From a virus (Duplodnaviria > Caudoviricetes): a stretch of 64,000 nucleotides of DNA. Both the position numbers and the translations under genes were made by a program. Position 1 is the first letter of the stretch. Every line of letters begins with the position of its first letter. The notes under the pieces were generated by a model. It was not told the origin of the DNA, ran no database searches, and saw nothing but the letters and a program-made list of their open reading frames with translations. Positions 1 through 9,470 of the stretch are shown here, piece after piece. The stretch lies in IMG/VR virus record IMGVR_UViG_3300037502_002379, positions 50 to 64,049 of that record. One strand, 5' to 3'.

Positions 1-284
1 AAATTTAAGACCTGTATACTTACAATTGTGGGTCTAATCACACATCACCCCCCATCGCATAATCGCAGCCAAGTGATTTTTGCACTCCCCCCCGTCACGT
101 CCGCGCCTAAACAATCCATTAACCCAAACAAAAACAGACAGACAAACACCAAACCGAACGGACGCAAGGCAAACCGAAAGCGAAGCAGCATAGGCAAAAC
201 CGATTGAGCAGCGAACATTGCGAACAGAAGCGAATGTGTAAAATAATTTATACAGGTATAAAAAAAGTTAATACCTTTGTGGGT

Positions 285-785
285 ATGAATAACAGTATAG
301 CTATCAACCCGTTTCTGCAATCGTGGCGGCTAAGAGTATTGCAGATGAAACGCAAGCGAACAACGGCAGACACTCAACATATAAACGATAACGATGGGGT
401 TATACTCGAATACACAGAGGAAACAGTTACATACACAATAGAACAACAAGCTAAATGCAGCGTGTATAGACTGCCATATATTGATAATGTTCTATTTGGT
501 GAGATTGACAACTGCGCGAAAGCCTTATTCTTATATATCATTTACCACATACCGAAAGACAAAGATTATATTTCACTCAGTTCAAAGCGTGTGTGTTCAA
601 GTATGAATATTAGCAGACCAACACTTGTTAAGTCTATACGGCAACTGTGCGACATTGGTTTGCTATGCAAAAAGCCGTCTTTGTATGATTATTGGGTCAA
701 TCCTGAATACCTATTTAACGGAAATCGCATCAAATTTGCGCAAGGTGTAAAAAACGATATTGTAGAAATAGTTGAATTACAATGA
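285..785 (+). CDS. RepL-like winged-helix DNA-binding/replication protein
   Basis: ORF 204..785, with ATG at 285 the more likely start. HTH-like SKRVCSSMNISRPTLVKSIRQL followed by YWVNPEYLFNG, typical of RepL-type proteins. Confidence 0.55.
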   Translation: MNNSIAINPFLQSWRLRVLQMKRKRTTADTQHINDNDGVILEYTEETVTYTIEQQAKCSVYRLPYIDNVLFGEIDNCAKALFLYIIYHIPKDKDYISLSSKRVCSSMNISRPTLVKSIRQLCDIGLLCKKPSLYDYWVNPEYLFNGNRIKFAQGVKNDIVEIVELQ

Positions 786-1007
786 CTTATGCAAAATCGG
801 CACTGCTTATTATATATATACAACGCCACTTTTAAACAAATGACTGAAAATCAGCATTTTATGACATTGCGAATTTTACACCTTCAATTTTTTTGTAGTT
901 TTGTGGTGGCAAAGGAGGGGTAAACCACATCATCTACCCACTTTGCGAAACAACGCTATTAGCGAAAATTCGCTGTTAGTTATCTTATTGGAACATTAAC
1001 ATATCAT

Positions 1008-1538
1008 ATGCCGTACGGGAATAATGCACAGAGTAAGCAAATAAGGCGCAATAGAAGACAGTATTTTATTAAAGTAGCCATGAATACAAAGAACGTGGTT
1101 GACTTCCTTACATTCGATTTAAGCAGCTATTTCAGAGTTCAATACATAGTCATGTTTATTTTAAAAGGCATACCGTTTAATTTACGGGAGTTTTTATTGG
1201 CTACATACTATTTACAGATTAACGGTGAAATAGTGTATGCAAAGAAATTGCATGACATTTGTCCTCACATTAAAAAAACCACTTTGGCTAATATGCTGAA
1301 ATACGAATTAGTGTTGGACGATGGTCTAAAGGTAAGCGGTAAAGGAGGACCTAAAGTAAAATCTTTTGTGGTCCATCCTTACTATTACAACCAGATAGAA
1401 AGAGCTTTAAAAGAATGTGCGCACACGATACGCGACACTAACAGCAAGCGCAGAAAGAAAGAACAGAGCGCAAAAGATGCTGAAAATATGGGTGCTGATT
1501 CAATAGATTTTGGAAGTATTTTCGATGAATTAGAATAA
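1008..1538 (+). CDS. hypothetical protein (possible DNA-binding; true start may be 1152)
   Basis: ORF track; basic middle region and acidic C-terminus. Confidence 0.45.
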   Translation: MPYGNNAQSKQIRRNRRQYFIKVAMNTKNVVDFLTFDLSSYFRVQYIVMFILKGIPFNLREFLLATYYLQINGEIVYAKKLHDICPHIKKTTLANMLKYELVLDDGLKVSGKGGPKVKSFVVHPYYYNQIERALKECAHTIRDTNSKRRKKEQSAKDAENMGADSIDFGSIFDELE

Positions 1539-1664
1539 TTTACATTTTTTAACATTCTGCTAAAACGCTTGCTATATCTACGTCCTAGCCGTTCTAAAAT
1601 GATTTTTTGCTGATTAAGTGAAACTATTTTTGGTGTGCTCTTGTATATATGAATATATATTCAA

Positions 1665-1672
1665 TACATTTG
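1665..1672 (+). promoter_or_regulatory. Bacteroidetes sigma-A -7 promoter element (TACATTTG) for the early operon
   Basis: TAnnTTTG match about 30 nt upstream of the ORF at 1701, followed by an A-rich leader. Confidence 0.6.
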
Positions 1673-1700
1673 CACATCATTAATCAACAAAAACAATTTT

Positions 1701-2117
1701 ATGAAAAACAACACAGTAACAACTTTAGACAGTATTAAAGAACAAATTATTGACCGTTTGCAAGACTACAAAGGCGGCTTATATTATGGTTGCGACCTTG
1801 CTTACAAATTATTTGAGGGTGAAAATGCGAACGGTTCAGTATTTTGCAACACTTACAAAACAGTTGAGTTTATCAAAGAAAATTTCGATTTGTTTGGCGA
1901 CTTTGTTCAGCATTGGGATAATGCAACGGGTGAAACACTTAATCCATTTAGTGAGCCTGAAAAGTGTCATGTAATCTTTTTGCTAGAGGCTGCAAATTCA
2001 ATTCTATCTTCATGTGGCTATATTTCAGAAAATTGGGATAATCGCATAGAATTAACCGAAGATGTTATTGAAACGATAACAGAGCAGGTTAATGAGTTTG
2101 ATGGGGATTTATTCTAA
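1701..2117 (+). CDS. acidic early protein, hypothetical
   Basis: First gene after the early promoter; D/E-rich, 138 aa. Confidence 0.7.
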   Translation: MKNNTVTTLDSIKEQIIDRLQDYKGGLYYGCDLAYKLFEGENANGSVFCNTYKTVEFIKENFDLFGDFVQHWDNATGETLNPFSEPEKCHVIFLLEAANSILSSCGYISENWDNRIELTEDVIETITEQVNEFDGDLF

Positions 2118-2200
2118 CATTTCATTTTCGCGCTCGGTTAAGCCGTATGCCTCAAGAGCAGGCGCGAAAGCTATTTTTTAACAATCAAAAATCAATTTTT

Positions 2201-2416
2201 ATGAAAAATGTTTATGGTGTTTTATTAAATGGTTCACATGTAGATGTGTCAAAAACTGAAAAAGGCGCAAAAAACTTTGCAACTAGGAATGGTTATTTAA
2301 CCGTAACCGTAAGATATAACTGTGGATATATAGCGAGAGAAATAGCGCACAAATACAATGGCAAATGGAAAACCATAAAGCCAGAAAATTCACAAATAAG
2401 ATACAACACCAAATAG
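2201..2416 (+). CDS. small early hypothetical protein
   Basis: ORF 2147..2416; ATG at 2201 follows an A-rich leader (MKNVYG...). Confidence 0.55.
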   Translation: MKNVYGVLLNGSHVDVSKTEKGAKNFATRNGYLTVTVRYNCGYIAREIAHKYNGKWKTIKPENSQIRYNTK

Positions 2417-2425
2417 CCCAATACC

Positions 2426-2599
2426 ATGCAAAATACATTAAAAAACGCTTTACAGGTTTACATCAAACATTGCCAAACCATGCGAGACAACGCAAAGCAC
2501 ATTGATGAGGTATATCATTGGCAAGGCGAACAAAAGAACGCAAACCACGCTTTAATTGAAATTATAGCGGCACAACCTCAAACAGACTTGATTTTTTAA
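2426..2599 (+). CDS. small early hypothetical protein (57 aa, below ORF-track cutoff)
   Basis: Read by hand: MQNTLKNALQVYIKHCQ...; fills the gap in the early operon. Confidence 0.5.
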   Translation: MQNTLKNALQVYIKHCQTMRDNAKHIDEVYHWQGEQKNANHALIEIIAAQPQTDLIF

Positions 2600-2616
2600 C
2601 TAAACAACATAACAAC

Positions 2617-2817
2617 ATGAAAAACGCAACAAACAGCGCCATGATTCTGCTTGCATGTGCAACATTCGCACTGATAACAACGATTTACGCAAACATTCAC
2701 GACCAGCACAAAGCAAAGACACAACGCCAACGCTATTTAGATTGCGTAGAAAGCACGAACGGCACAGACGCGGAATGTGATTCATGTTTCTTTATTATTC
2801 ACCATGTAAAGCCGTAA
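2617..2817 (+). CDS. small membrane-anchored hypothetical protein
   Basis: N-terminal hydrophobic helix and C-terminal Cys motif. Confidence 0.55.
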   Translation: MKNATNSAMILLACATFALITTIYANIHDQHKAKTQRQRYLDCVESTNGTDAECDSCFFIIHHVKP

Positions 2818-2819
2818 AT

Positions 2820-3161
2820 ATGAAAGTAGAACAATTAACAAACGGACAATTGTATAAAACCAAAAAGGGGGCGCGTGTGAGTGCCTTTGAAAAAGAACGG
2901 CTGAACCGTTTTGCCGATAGCTTGTTGTGGATTCTGAATAACGAAAAAGCAGCAACCGCGAAACTATCCGGCACATTCAATTCTCAAAAAACCTATTTTG
3001 AGTTTCTCAATGCTTTCCGATTCGCGCAGCAAATACGCTTTTCCGTTGCGCAGGGGAATGAAATTGACATTAGCCAATACAAGGGCAGGGAAAAGCAATT
3101 TGAGGCTGTAATAGACCGTATTAAAGCCGAAGGGCAACAAACACGTATTTTTAATCATTAA
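2820..3161 (+). CDS. hypothetical early protein
   Basis: ORF 2784..3161, likely start MKVEQL at 2820. Confidence 0.55.
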   Translation: MKVEQLTNGQLYKTKKGARVSAFEKERLNRFADSLLWILNNEKAATAKLSGTFNSQKTYFEFLNAFRFAQQIRFSVAQGNEIDISQYKGREKQFEAVIDRIKAEGQQTRIFNH

Positions 3162-3174
3162 ACAATAAAACAAA

Positions 3175-3447
3175 ATGGAAGCAAAAACAAATTGGTACAC
3201 AAAAACCGAAAGCAATCAGCCGATAATAGCGGATGAGGAAACAGGCGACACTATTGCCGTAATTTACAATCAAAAAGACGGAAGCGAAAAGCAGATAGCA
3301 AACCTAATTGCAAGCGCGCCCGAACTTCTTGAAGCGCTTACCGATGTGCTAAGGATATTAAACCTTGAACCAACTTACGACAATTTGTACCAAAGGAACA
3401 AAATTGAAGCATTAATTAACAAAGCAAAAGGAAATACATCATGCTAA
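3175..3447 (+). CDS. hypothetical phage protein (ANLIASAPELLEAL family)
   Basis: Carries a motif common in small phage proteins. Confidence 0.65.
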   Translation: MEAKTNWYTKTESNQPIIADEETGDTIAVIYNQKDGSEKQIANLIASAPELLEALTDVLRILNLEPTYDNLYQRNKIEALINKAKGNTSC

Positions 3448-3632
3448 AAGCTACACTATTACTAAAAAGGAGGGCGAAAATTGCCATTCTAGGACGGCAA
3501 GCAGCCGAAGATGGGTATTTTCACAAGGTGATGCAGGCACATCATTTATTGCGCCAAATTGATGAACAATTATTAGGTTTGACTTCACAAAAACCGTTTT
3601 ATGCCGTACACAATAACCGAACCTTGTCTTAA
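3441..3632 (+). CDS. hypothetical protein
   Basis: ORF track; overlaps neighbours in an operon. Confidence 0.45.
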   Translation: MLKATLLLKRRAKIAILGRQAAEDGYFHKVMQAHHLLRQIDEQLLGLTSQKPFYAVHNNRTLS

Positions 3633-3792
3633 CGCTGTAATTCGCGCAGAAGCCAATTATCAAAATGCGGAACACTTTTACCTGTGTGCTTACCGTAAAG
3701 CTATGCAGCATCCAACATTTAATAACCAACACACGCTAATTAAAGCAGGTCAAATATGGTGGCTTGCATCAGCGAACCGAAATTTTAATTAA
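3601..3792 (+). CDS. hypothetical protein
   Basis: ORF track; operon context. Confidence 0.45.
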   Translation: MPYTITEPCLNAVIRAEANYQNAEHFYLCAYRKAMQHPTFNNQHTLIKAGQIWWLASANRNFN

Positions 3793-3804
3793 CAAATCAA
3801 ACCA

Positions 3805-3984
3805 ATGCAAAACAACAACACATTCCTGACCGCAAAACAATACGCTGAAAAGTACAACATTACTAAAAGGGAGGCGATACACCGTTGTACCCGTAACCGA
3901 GTGCATTACTACAAGGTGGGGCGCGAATATCGGATTGAGGATAAAGACCTCGTGAAGATTAAACCCGGACGCAAGACCAAATAG
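3805..3984 (+). CDS. excisionase-like HTH protein (59 aa)
   Basis: Read by hand: MQNNNTFLTAKQYAEKYNITKREAIHRCTRNRVHYYKVGREYRI...KPGRKTK, an HTH_17-type pattern. Confidence 0.6.
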   Translation: MQNNNTFLTAKQYAEKYNITKREAIHRCTRNRVHYYKVGREYRIEDKDLVKIKPGRKTK

Positions 3985-4000
3985 GCAGCAAACCGACAGC

Positions 4001-4028
4001 AAGCCGTTCCAATTGGGGCGGCTTTTTT
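4001..4028 (+). terminator. intrinsic terminator between the convergent early and replication operons
   Basis: AAGCCGTTCC-AATT-GGGGCGGCTT hairpin followed by a T tract. Confidence 0.75.
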
Positions 4029-4042
4029 GTTTGTGGGAAAAC

Positions 4043-5818
4043 CTAAAAAGGCGCTGGTTCTAAATCTGAATTGTTTTTACCGAAAATCTTTTGATAGTAT
4101 TGATACTGATTTTGCTCTAAAGGGTTCTGCCTGTTAAGAAAATACCTGTTTTTAGCCCTGTCAAATGTAAACACACAAGTACCGGGAATACCAACCAATT
4201 TCTGCTTCTTAACCTTTCTGACAATTACCTCAACCGTTGTGTTCATAGGGTCGGTTAAAATGTACGGGCGGTGTAAAACAATTATGTTGTCCATCTTGTT
4301 ACCCCACATAGCACCCCCTGCAATATCGTAAATATCAGGTACATCATAGTTTCCGTCCTTAGTCTTTTGCATCGTTTTAGGGTGAGCCGATATAACGTAA
4401 CGCAAATTATGTTCTACTGCAAACCGCTTTCTTTCGCGCAAAAAAGCCGATAGGAATTTATCATCCCGTTCAGAAGTATCTACCTCTAATTGATTAAACG
4501 GGTCAATAAACACCCCTTGTATGTTTTTGGTTTCAATCAGATGTAGAACGTTTGCATCTATTTCTGAAACCGTATGTTTATCGGGGTATATGTAGAAAAA
4601 ATGTTCTTTGATAAACTTATAGCCGTCCTCGTATTGCTCAAATGTCATTTGGTTGCGGTCATAGTACGGGTCGGTACTTTTCCCTACTAAGGCATGAATA
4701 AGGGTGTCTATAAATTCATCAACGGGATAGTTTTCGGGAGAGAATACTGCCCATTTCCATCCGTCAAAAACCGAACGCATAAGCATGAGTTGTAGCATAA
4801 ACTCTGTTTTGCCTGCGTTTGGTCGGGCTATTATCAAGGTTATTTCACCCTCTTTCCACTTAAAATTTATGTCAAATTCAGCAAAGTGTGTTGTTTCACC
4901 ACGCTTTTTGCCATGAAAAAATTGCTTTTTCATCTCCTCCCACACCCCATCCACTTCAATAATACCATCCGATTTTATCTGTACGGGCGTGTATTCATCA
5001 ACCGAAATAGGGTTGCGCTGCCCGTATTTAATACCGTTCTCTATGGTTTTTATAGCACCCTTTATGTCAGCTATATCCTTGTTGGCAATTTCTGCCTCCA
5101 ATATTCTTTTAGCCTCAAAGTAATCCACATAACCCGATGCAATGTAACCACCCATCAAGCGTGAGGCTTTTAACAAAACATTATGCTTTTCACCGTCAAC
5201 TGAATTGCGTATCATCTGTACGGCTATTTGTATCTTAGCGTAGTTTGTTTTGACTTGCGTATCTAAGTTGCCGCCAACGGGTGTTGTGTCAATCAGTTCC
5301 TCCATATCAGTAAACTCAACAGCATTTTTGTTGATGTATATGTCGGGGTCATAGCTTTCAAAACACACCCTGCTGATGTTAATTGAGGTGGCATCTAATT
5401 CGGGAAAGCGTTTTAACAGCGCCTTGTAATGCTTCCGATGGTTGTCTATTGAAGGGGGGATTTTTACCAATACTTTCAAACCATCTCCCGATGGGCTGAC
5501 AAACACCGAGTAAACGAACTCATTAGAAGCGATTTCAGCCTTTTTTTCGGGCAATTTGGCAATATGGTCAAAATCAAGCACACAAAGCCCGCTATGAGCC
5601 TCTATTGCGCTGTCCTTGCGTTCTGTAAACCTACCTGCAAAGATGATAGACGGCAACATCTTCTTTTTGTCGCGTCTTACAGCCTCGTCAGTTTCATTTC
5701 TGATTTCGTCTATTTGTTGTTTTATCTTGCCGTTTTTTATCCGGTCAAGAATAACATCAACCTGCACATAATACGGCTGCTTTGTTTCTAAAGCGTTTTT
5801 GTAAACTGTTACTATCAT
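4043..5818 (-). CDS. primase-helicase (BT4734/VirE-N-like primase domain plus SF4 DnaB/Twinkle-type helicase)
   Basis: N-terminal LDFDH, SPSGDGLK and SRVCFESYD motifs; Walker A ARPNAGKT; Walker B FIDP; AHP and DIAGGAMW motifs. Confidence 0.85.
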   Translation of the reverse strand: MIVTVYKNALETKQPYYVQVDVILDRIKNGKIKQQIDEIRNETDEAVRRDKKKMLPSIIFAGRFTERKDSAIEAHSGLCVLDFDHIAKLPEKKAEIASNEFVYSVFVSPSGDGLKVLVKIPPSIDNHRKHYKALLKRFPELDATSINISRVCFESYDPDIYINKNAVEFTDMEELIDTTPVGGNLDTQVKTNYAKIQIAVQMIRNSVDGEKHNVLLKASRLMGGYIASGYVDYFEAKRILEAEIANKDIADIKGAIKTIENGIKYGQRNPISVDEYTPVQIKSDGIIEVDGVWEEMKKQFFHGKKRGETTHFAEFDINFKWKEGEITLIIARPNAGKTEFMLQLMLMRSVFDGWKWAVFSPENYPVDEFIDTLIHALVGKSTDPYYDRNQMTFEQYEDGYKFIKEHFFYIYPDKHTVSEIDANVLHLIETKNIQGVFIDPFNQLEVDTSERDDKFLSAFLRERKRFAVEHNLRYVISAHPKTMQKTKDGNYDVPDIYDIAGGAMWGNKMDNIIVLHRPYILTDPMNTTVEVIVRKVKKQKLVGIPGTCVFTFDRAKNRYFLNRQNPLEQNQYQYYQKIFGKNNSDLEPAPF

Positions 5819-6111
5819 TTTGTAAGTTTTTCGTAATTCAAAATATGCAATCCGTCATTATACAAATCATAGTTAGCACCAACTTTGCTTTCGCTCCAAA
5901 TCAATCTATTTGACATGGTGAACTCTCCTATTTCTTCACCTCTTTTTCGGTCAAACCTTTTAAACTCCAACCCAAAATTCAACCCAGTTTTGCGATGTGT
6001 AATAATAAAATCTATCCGATATTTACCGCACTCACTCCATACTTCCTCGCTTATCATAAAATACTTTAATAGCCTATTGACGATTTTGCTTGAAAATTCT
6101 TTTTCTGTCAT
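5815..6111 (-). CDS. short PD-(D/E)xK nuclease-like protein, possibly truncated
   Basis: E...RIDF...LEFK motif in only 98 aa. Confidence 0.45.
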   Translation of the reverse strand: MTEKEFSSKIVNRLLKYFMISEEVWSECGKYRIDFIITHRKTGLNFGLEFKRFDRKRGEEIGEFTMSNRLIWSESKVGANYDLYNDGLHILNYEKLTK

Positions 6112-6929
6112 TAGCCAAACAAATCTGATGTTTTAATAAATGTTTTGTCTTTACTGCGTCTATACTCGTCTGTTAAAACGTGTTCGCCTTTTCTGTTTAG
6201 CCAATTTTGTAGTGTTAAACCTACATTAGTATTTTTCTTAACAGTATCTTTCCAATTCTCCATCTCCAATAAAACTTCCTCTATAAACTCACGTTTGTAT
6301 TTTTTCGATATGCTCTCCATTGTTTTTGAATCCATTTGCACTTCCATCCTTTTTAATCGCTTGCATTTTTTCTCAACTATAAACTGATTTATCCAATGGC
6401 TTCCTATTGCGTCAATTTCTTCTTTGTAATCATTCACCCAATTTTCTATGTTGGCTGAAACTATTTCATAATTATCCTCAATAACCTTTTTAACAGTAAC
6501 ATCGTTAGATGGTATGGCTATTGTTATTTTATCGTTTATATGTTTATTAGTTTCTAAGTTTAATTGTTTATATAAGTTCCCTTGCTGTTCCTTTTCTGTT
6601 CCTTCTTTATTCCCTCTTTGTTCCTTTATTATTCCCTCATTGTTCTCAAATTCAAGAATAAAAATCTTTGGTTTAGTTGTTGTGTTTTTAATGCCTTGAC
6701 TATAAACAATAAACCCCAAATCATTCAACCTTTGTATTGAAGAATAATAAGTATTTTTTGACACCTTAGATGTTTGGCATACAATATCCCAATGACACAC
6801 AAAAGGGTTTAGCCAATTTAACTTATTGCAATAATTTAAAAGGCTCATGTAAACCGAAATATCTATCCCAGATAATTCAGAAGATTCAGCTTTAGCCCAA
6901 AAGCCATTTATTTGTGTAAGGTAGTTCAA
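6111..6929 (-). CDS. replication initiator / replisome organiser (N-terminal wHTH)
   Basis: HTH-like N-terminus, low-complexity linker, position upstream of the helicase, TTG start. Confidence 0.65.
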   Translation of the reverse strand: MNYLTQINGFWAKAESSELSGIDISVYMSLLNYCNKLNWLNPFVCHWDIVCQTSKVSKNTYYSSIQRLNDLGFIVYSQGIKNTTTKPKIFILEFENNEGIIKEQRGNKEGTEKEQQGNLYKQLNLETNKHINDKITIAIPSNDVTVKKVIEDNYEIVSANIENWVNDYKEEIDAIGSHWINQFIVEKKCKRLKRMEVQMDSKTMESISKKYKREFIEEVLLEMENWKDTVKKNTNVGLTLQNWLNRKGEHVLTDEYRRSKDKTFIKTSDLFG

Positions 6930-7027
6930 AGCAAAACAGCGCAGCCCAAAGCATAATGGCTCACCCGTTGCGAAGTAATCGCTTTGGACATTACACTAAG
7001 GACTGCATTGTTTTTAAATGTTTTCAT
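6926..7027 (-). CDS. putative 33-aa leader peptide coupled to the initiator gene
   Basis: MKTFKNNAVLSVMSKAITSQRVSHYALGCAVLL*; its TGA overlaps the TTG start at 6929; promoter TATCTTTG at 7043-7050. Confidence 0.45.
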   Translation of the reverse strand: MKTFKNNAVLSVMSKAITSQRVSHYALGCAVLL

Positions 7028-7090
7028 AACGAGTGAGCAAGGCAAAGATAATGTTTTGTTTGATATTTTAAACATTTTTATGAAAAAAAA

Positions 7091-7231
7091 TTACTTTAAT
7101 ACCAACGTGTAAGTTCCTATCTTAATAGACTTATATTTGCCCCTTTTAATTCCTTGATATACTGCTTGTACAGTAATTCCTTTAAGTTGTGCAAAATCCT
7201 TTACAGGTATGCAATTTGCTTTTACATCCAT
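7091..7231 (-). CDS. small HTH (excisionase/Cro-like) protein, 46 aa
   Basis: Read by hand: MDVKANCIPVKDFAQLKGITVQAVYQGIKRGKYKSIKIGTYTLVLK. Confidence 0.6.
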   Translation of the reverse strand: MDVKANCIPVKDFAQLKGITVQAVYQGIKRGKYKSIKIGTYTLVLK

Positions 7232-7233
7232 TT

Positions 7234-7578
7234 TTATTGTTTGTTTTGTTTAAAAGTTAATCTTGTTGGCTCAATGCCGTTTGAGAATATAGAAAGGTCT
7301 ATTCTGTTTACCAACAACCAAAATTCGCCATTGGTATGTATTAAATTATTGCAAGCCTTCCTGCAATAAATCACGCTACTCGTTTTGAACGGATGCGCGA
7401 ACTCTTGCCCGATTTCTTTCAGCCCTAAGCGAGTATATCGCCAAAGAAAGAACATAATCAGATGCCGCGTTTTAACGAGCGCGTCCGTTCGTTTGGCTGT
7501 GTTCACATCTTTCCATTTAGTACCCATTGCATCGCAACAAGTATTTTTTATCAGTTTGATTTTCTGTTGTTTGGTCAT
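7234..7578 (-). CDS. DnaA C-terminal (domain IV)-like DNA-binding protein
   Basis: KRT..LVKTRHLIMFFL..YTRLGLKEIG..F....SSVIY pattern. Confidence 0.7.
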   Translation of the reverse strand: MTKQQKIKLIKNTCCDAMGTKWKDVNTAKRTDALVKTRHLIMFFLWRYTRLGLKEIGQEFAHPFKTSSVIYCRKACNNLIHTNGEFWLLVNRIDLSIFSNGIEPTRLTFKQNKQ

Positions 7579-7581
7579 GGC

Positions 7582-7989
7582 TTAAAATATTAATTTCAAC
7601 CTCATTTCAATACCGTTAATAGCTTGCGTAACGTCCTCATAAACGCCATATTCAACCTTCATTTTATCCCTTGCGTGTATGACTGTGCTATGGTCTTTGT
7701 GTTTGGCTTTGCCTTGCTTTTGACATCCAGTAAACAGCGAACCAATTGCTTTCAAATCTAATCCGCTATGCTTGCAAAGAATGTACATAGCTATTTGCCT
7801 GCGCTTCACAACTTCGCGTTTTCTTGTTGGGTTGCTTAGTTCCTCCCATGTGCAGCGGTAGTGTTCGCAAATCTGCTCTTGAATTAGCTTTGCCTTTTCG
7901 TGTGGAAAATAGGCTTTCTTAGTTATATGGTTTAACCCTGCGAACACATAAGGGTTAATCATTCTGTTTCTTGTTGTTGTTAGTTCCAT
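7582..7989 (-). CDS. DnaA C-terminal (domain IV)-like DNA-binding protein
   Basis: RKREVVKRRQIAMY...LKAIG..F...KDHSTVIHA matches the DnaA domain IV signature. Confidence 0.8.
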   Translation of the reverse strand: MELTTTRNRMINPYVFAGLNHITKKAYFPHEKAKLIQEQICEHYRCTWEELSNPTRKREVVKRRQIAMYILCKHSGLDLKAIGSLFTGCQKQGKAKHKDHSTVIHARDKMKVEYGVYEDVTQAINGIEMRLKLIF

Positions 7990-8648
7990 TTGATTTTGTC
8001 TTTAAGTATGTTCAAATAACTGCTTGCCTCCGTTGCCTTTTCGAGTATCAGCTTAATGTGTTCTTCATCGCGCTTAACTGGTATAATCTTGATGTGCAAC
8101 TTTTCATCAAATAGGCGGTCATCATAGCTAATAAAGTCGCAATTATCGCGCTCACACAAATACATATTAAGTTGCATTTGGCTGTAATATTCAGGCTTCA
8201 GGTCGCGCAAATCTTCGCCCGTATCGCAAAGCAAGTATTCAAGGTGGTTTTTACTTTCTGGGCATTTAATCTCGCAAATACGGTCAGCAAGTATAATATC
8301 AGGAGTACCGCCAACATTAAAGGCGTCGTCCCAAAAGAACACATAGCCACCAATAGAAGTGTAAATAAAATCTTTGGAGTTTATGTCAAGGTCAAAAGCA
8401 TTGGCATAGGCTAAAACGGCTTGCGGCTCAAGTTCATTGCCGCGCTGCATTTGGGCGTTGTAATAGTCGGGCGCTGGCGGTGCAATCATTTCGGCTAAAA
8501 TTTCTTTAACGTAGGTTTTAGCGCCAACACTTAGCCCCGTTCCGCTTTTAGCCTTAGCTAGTAAGCGGTTAATTTGTGAGGCTGTAAACAATCCGCGCCT
8601 AAATCCTTTCCAATCTTCTTCTGTTTCAAATACTTTGCGGTTAATCAT
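7980..8648 (-). CDS. YqaJ/lambda-exonuclease-family recombination nuclease
   Basis: W...R.G.FTAS, RGNELEP, GTPD, EIKCP and YYSQMQ motifs. Confidence 0.9.
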   Translation of the reverse strand: MINRKVFETEEDWKGFRRGLFTASQINRLLAKAKSGTGLSVGAKTYVKEILAEMIAPPAPDYYNAQMQRGNELEPQAVLAYANAFDLDINSKDFIYTSIGGYVFFWDDAFNVGGTPDIILADRICEIKCPESKNHLEYLLCDTGEDLRDLKPEYYSQMQLNMYLCERDNCDFISYDDRLFDEKLHIKIIPVKRDEEHIKLILEKATEASSYLNILKDKIKWN

Positions 8649-8920
8649 ATATCAATTTTTAAGTTTGAGATGTATTCTTGTTTGTCATTGGCATTTCCAT
8701 ACCCATGTTCACCTCTTTCACTACCGGCATCAAAAGCTTTTTCAATTTCAGGAATTAAAGGAGTTGATTGAGATAGAATTAATTTTAGTTCATTTATTTT
8801 AGCAAAAATTCTTGTATCATCTTGCTCGTCTAGTACTTCTTCTTTTCTCAGTTCTTCTATTCTTTTTTTAATAGCTGTTACATTGATGACAGCACATTCA
8901 TTTGCGCTTGTTTTACTCAT
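8645..8920 (-). CDS. hypothetical protein
   Basis: ORF track; overlapping operon junctions. Confidence 0.55.
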   Translation of the reverse strand: MSKTSANECAVINVTAIKKRIEELRKEEVLDEQDDTRIFAKINELKLILSQSTPLIPEIEKAFDAGSERGEHGYGNANDKQEYISNLKIDI

Positions 8921-9461
8921 TTCCTAGTTTCTCCTTATTACTTTTAGTGAAAGCCTCAAATAGATTTTTGTCAGGCGTAAATTCTACAATATCCTTTCGG
9001 TTAAGGTTAGCGCCAAACAAGTTGCCAAACATGTCCGCAGCGTCTTTTATAGCTACCGTTTTTGCAATCGGAAAAGCCATTGATAACGCTCCGTTGTTTA
9101 TGTTCACAAGGTCAGCAGGTGATGTTCCCTTAGCCGTTTGAAGCTGTGCCGCGCCAATCCCATCGTGGAAGCTCCATTCGCCCGTCAAAGGCGATTTAAA
9201 GTGAACGCGAACTGTAACCCATACCCCGTTAAAGGCTGTACCTTGCCCCGTAATCTCAATACGATACTCTTTGAATATCTTACGTAGCAACAATTCAATT
9301 TTGTCAATAGGCAGGTATTTATAGCCCTTAATGTATGGGTGTTCTTTCACCCATCGTTTCGGAGGTTGCGCGTTTAGCAATGCGTTTAGCGCATCATTTT
9401 TATAGGCTAGTTCAATGTCGCCAGTTAAATCAGCTAGCGTTGGCAGTTTGTTTTGTTCCAT
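8913..9461 (-). CDS. single-strand annealing protein (Rad52/Sak-like)
   Basis: YLPIDKIE and A.T.AIK.AA..FG.LFG..L motifs; lies next to the YqaJ exonuclease. Confidence 0.7.
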   Translation of the reverse strand: MEQNKLPTLADLTGDIELAYKNDALNALLNAQPPKRWVKEHPYIKGYKYLPIDKIELLLRKIFKEYRIEITGQGTAFNGVWVTVRVHFKSPLTGEWSFHDGIGAAQLQTAKGTSPADLVNINNGALSMAFPIAKTVAIKDAADMFGNLFGANLNRKDIVEFTPDKNLFEAFTKSNKEKLGNE

Positions 9462-9470
9462 TTTTATTGA

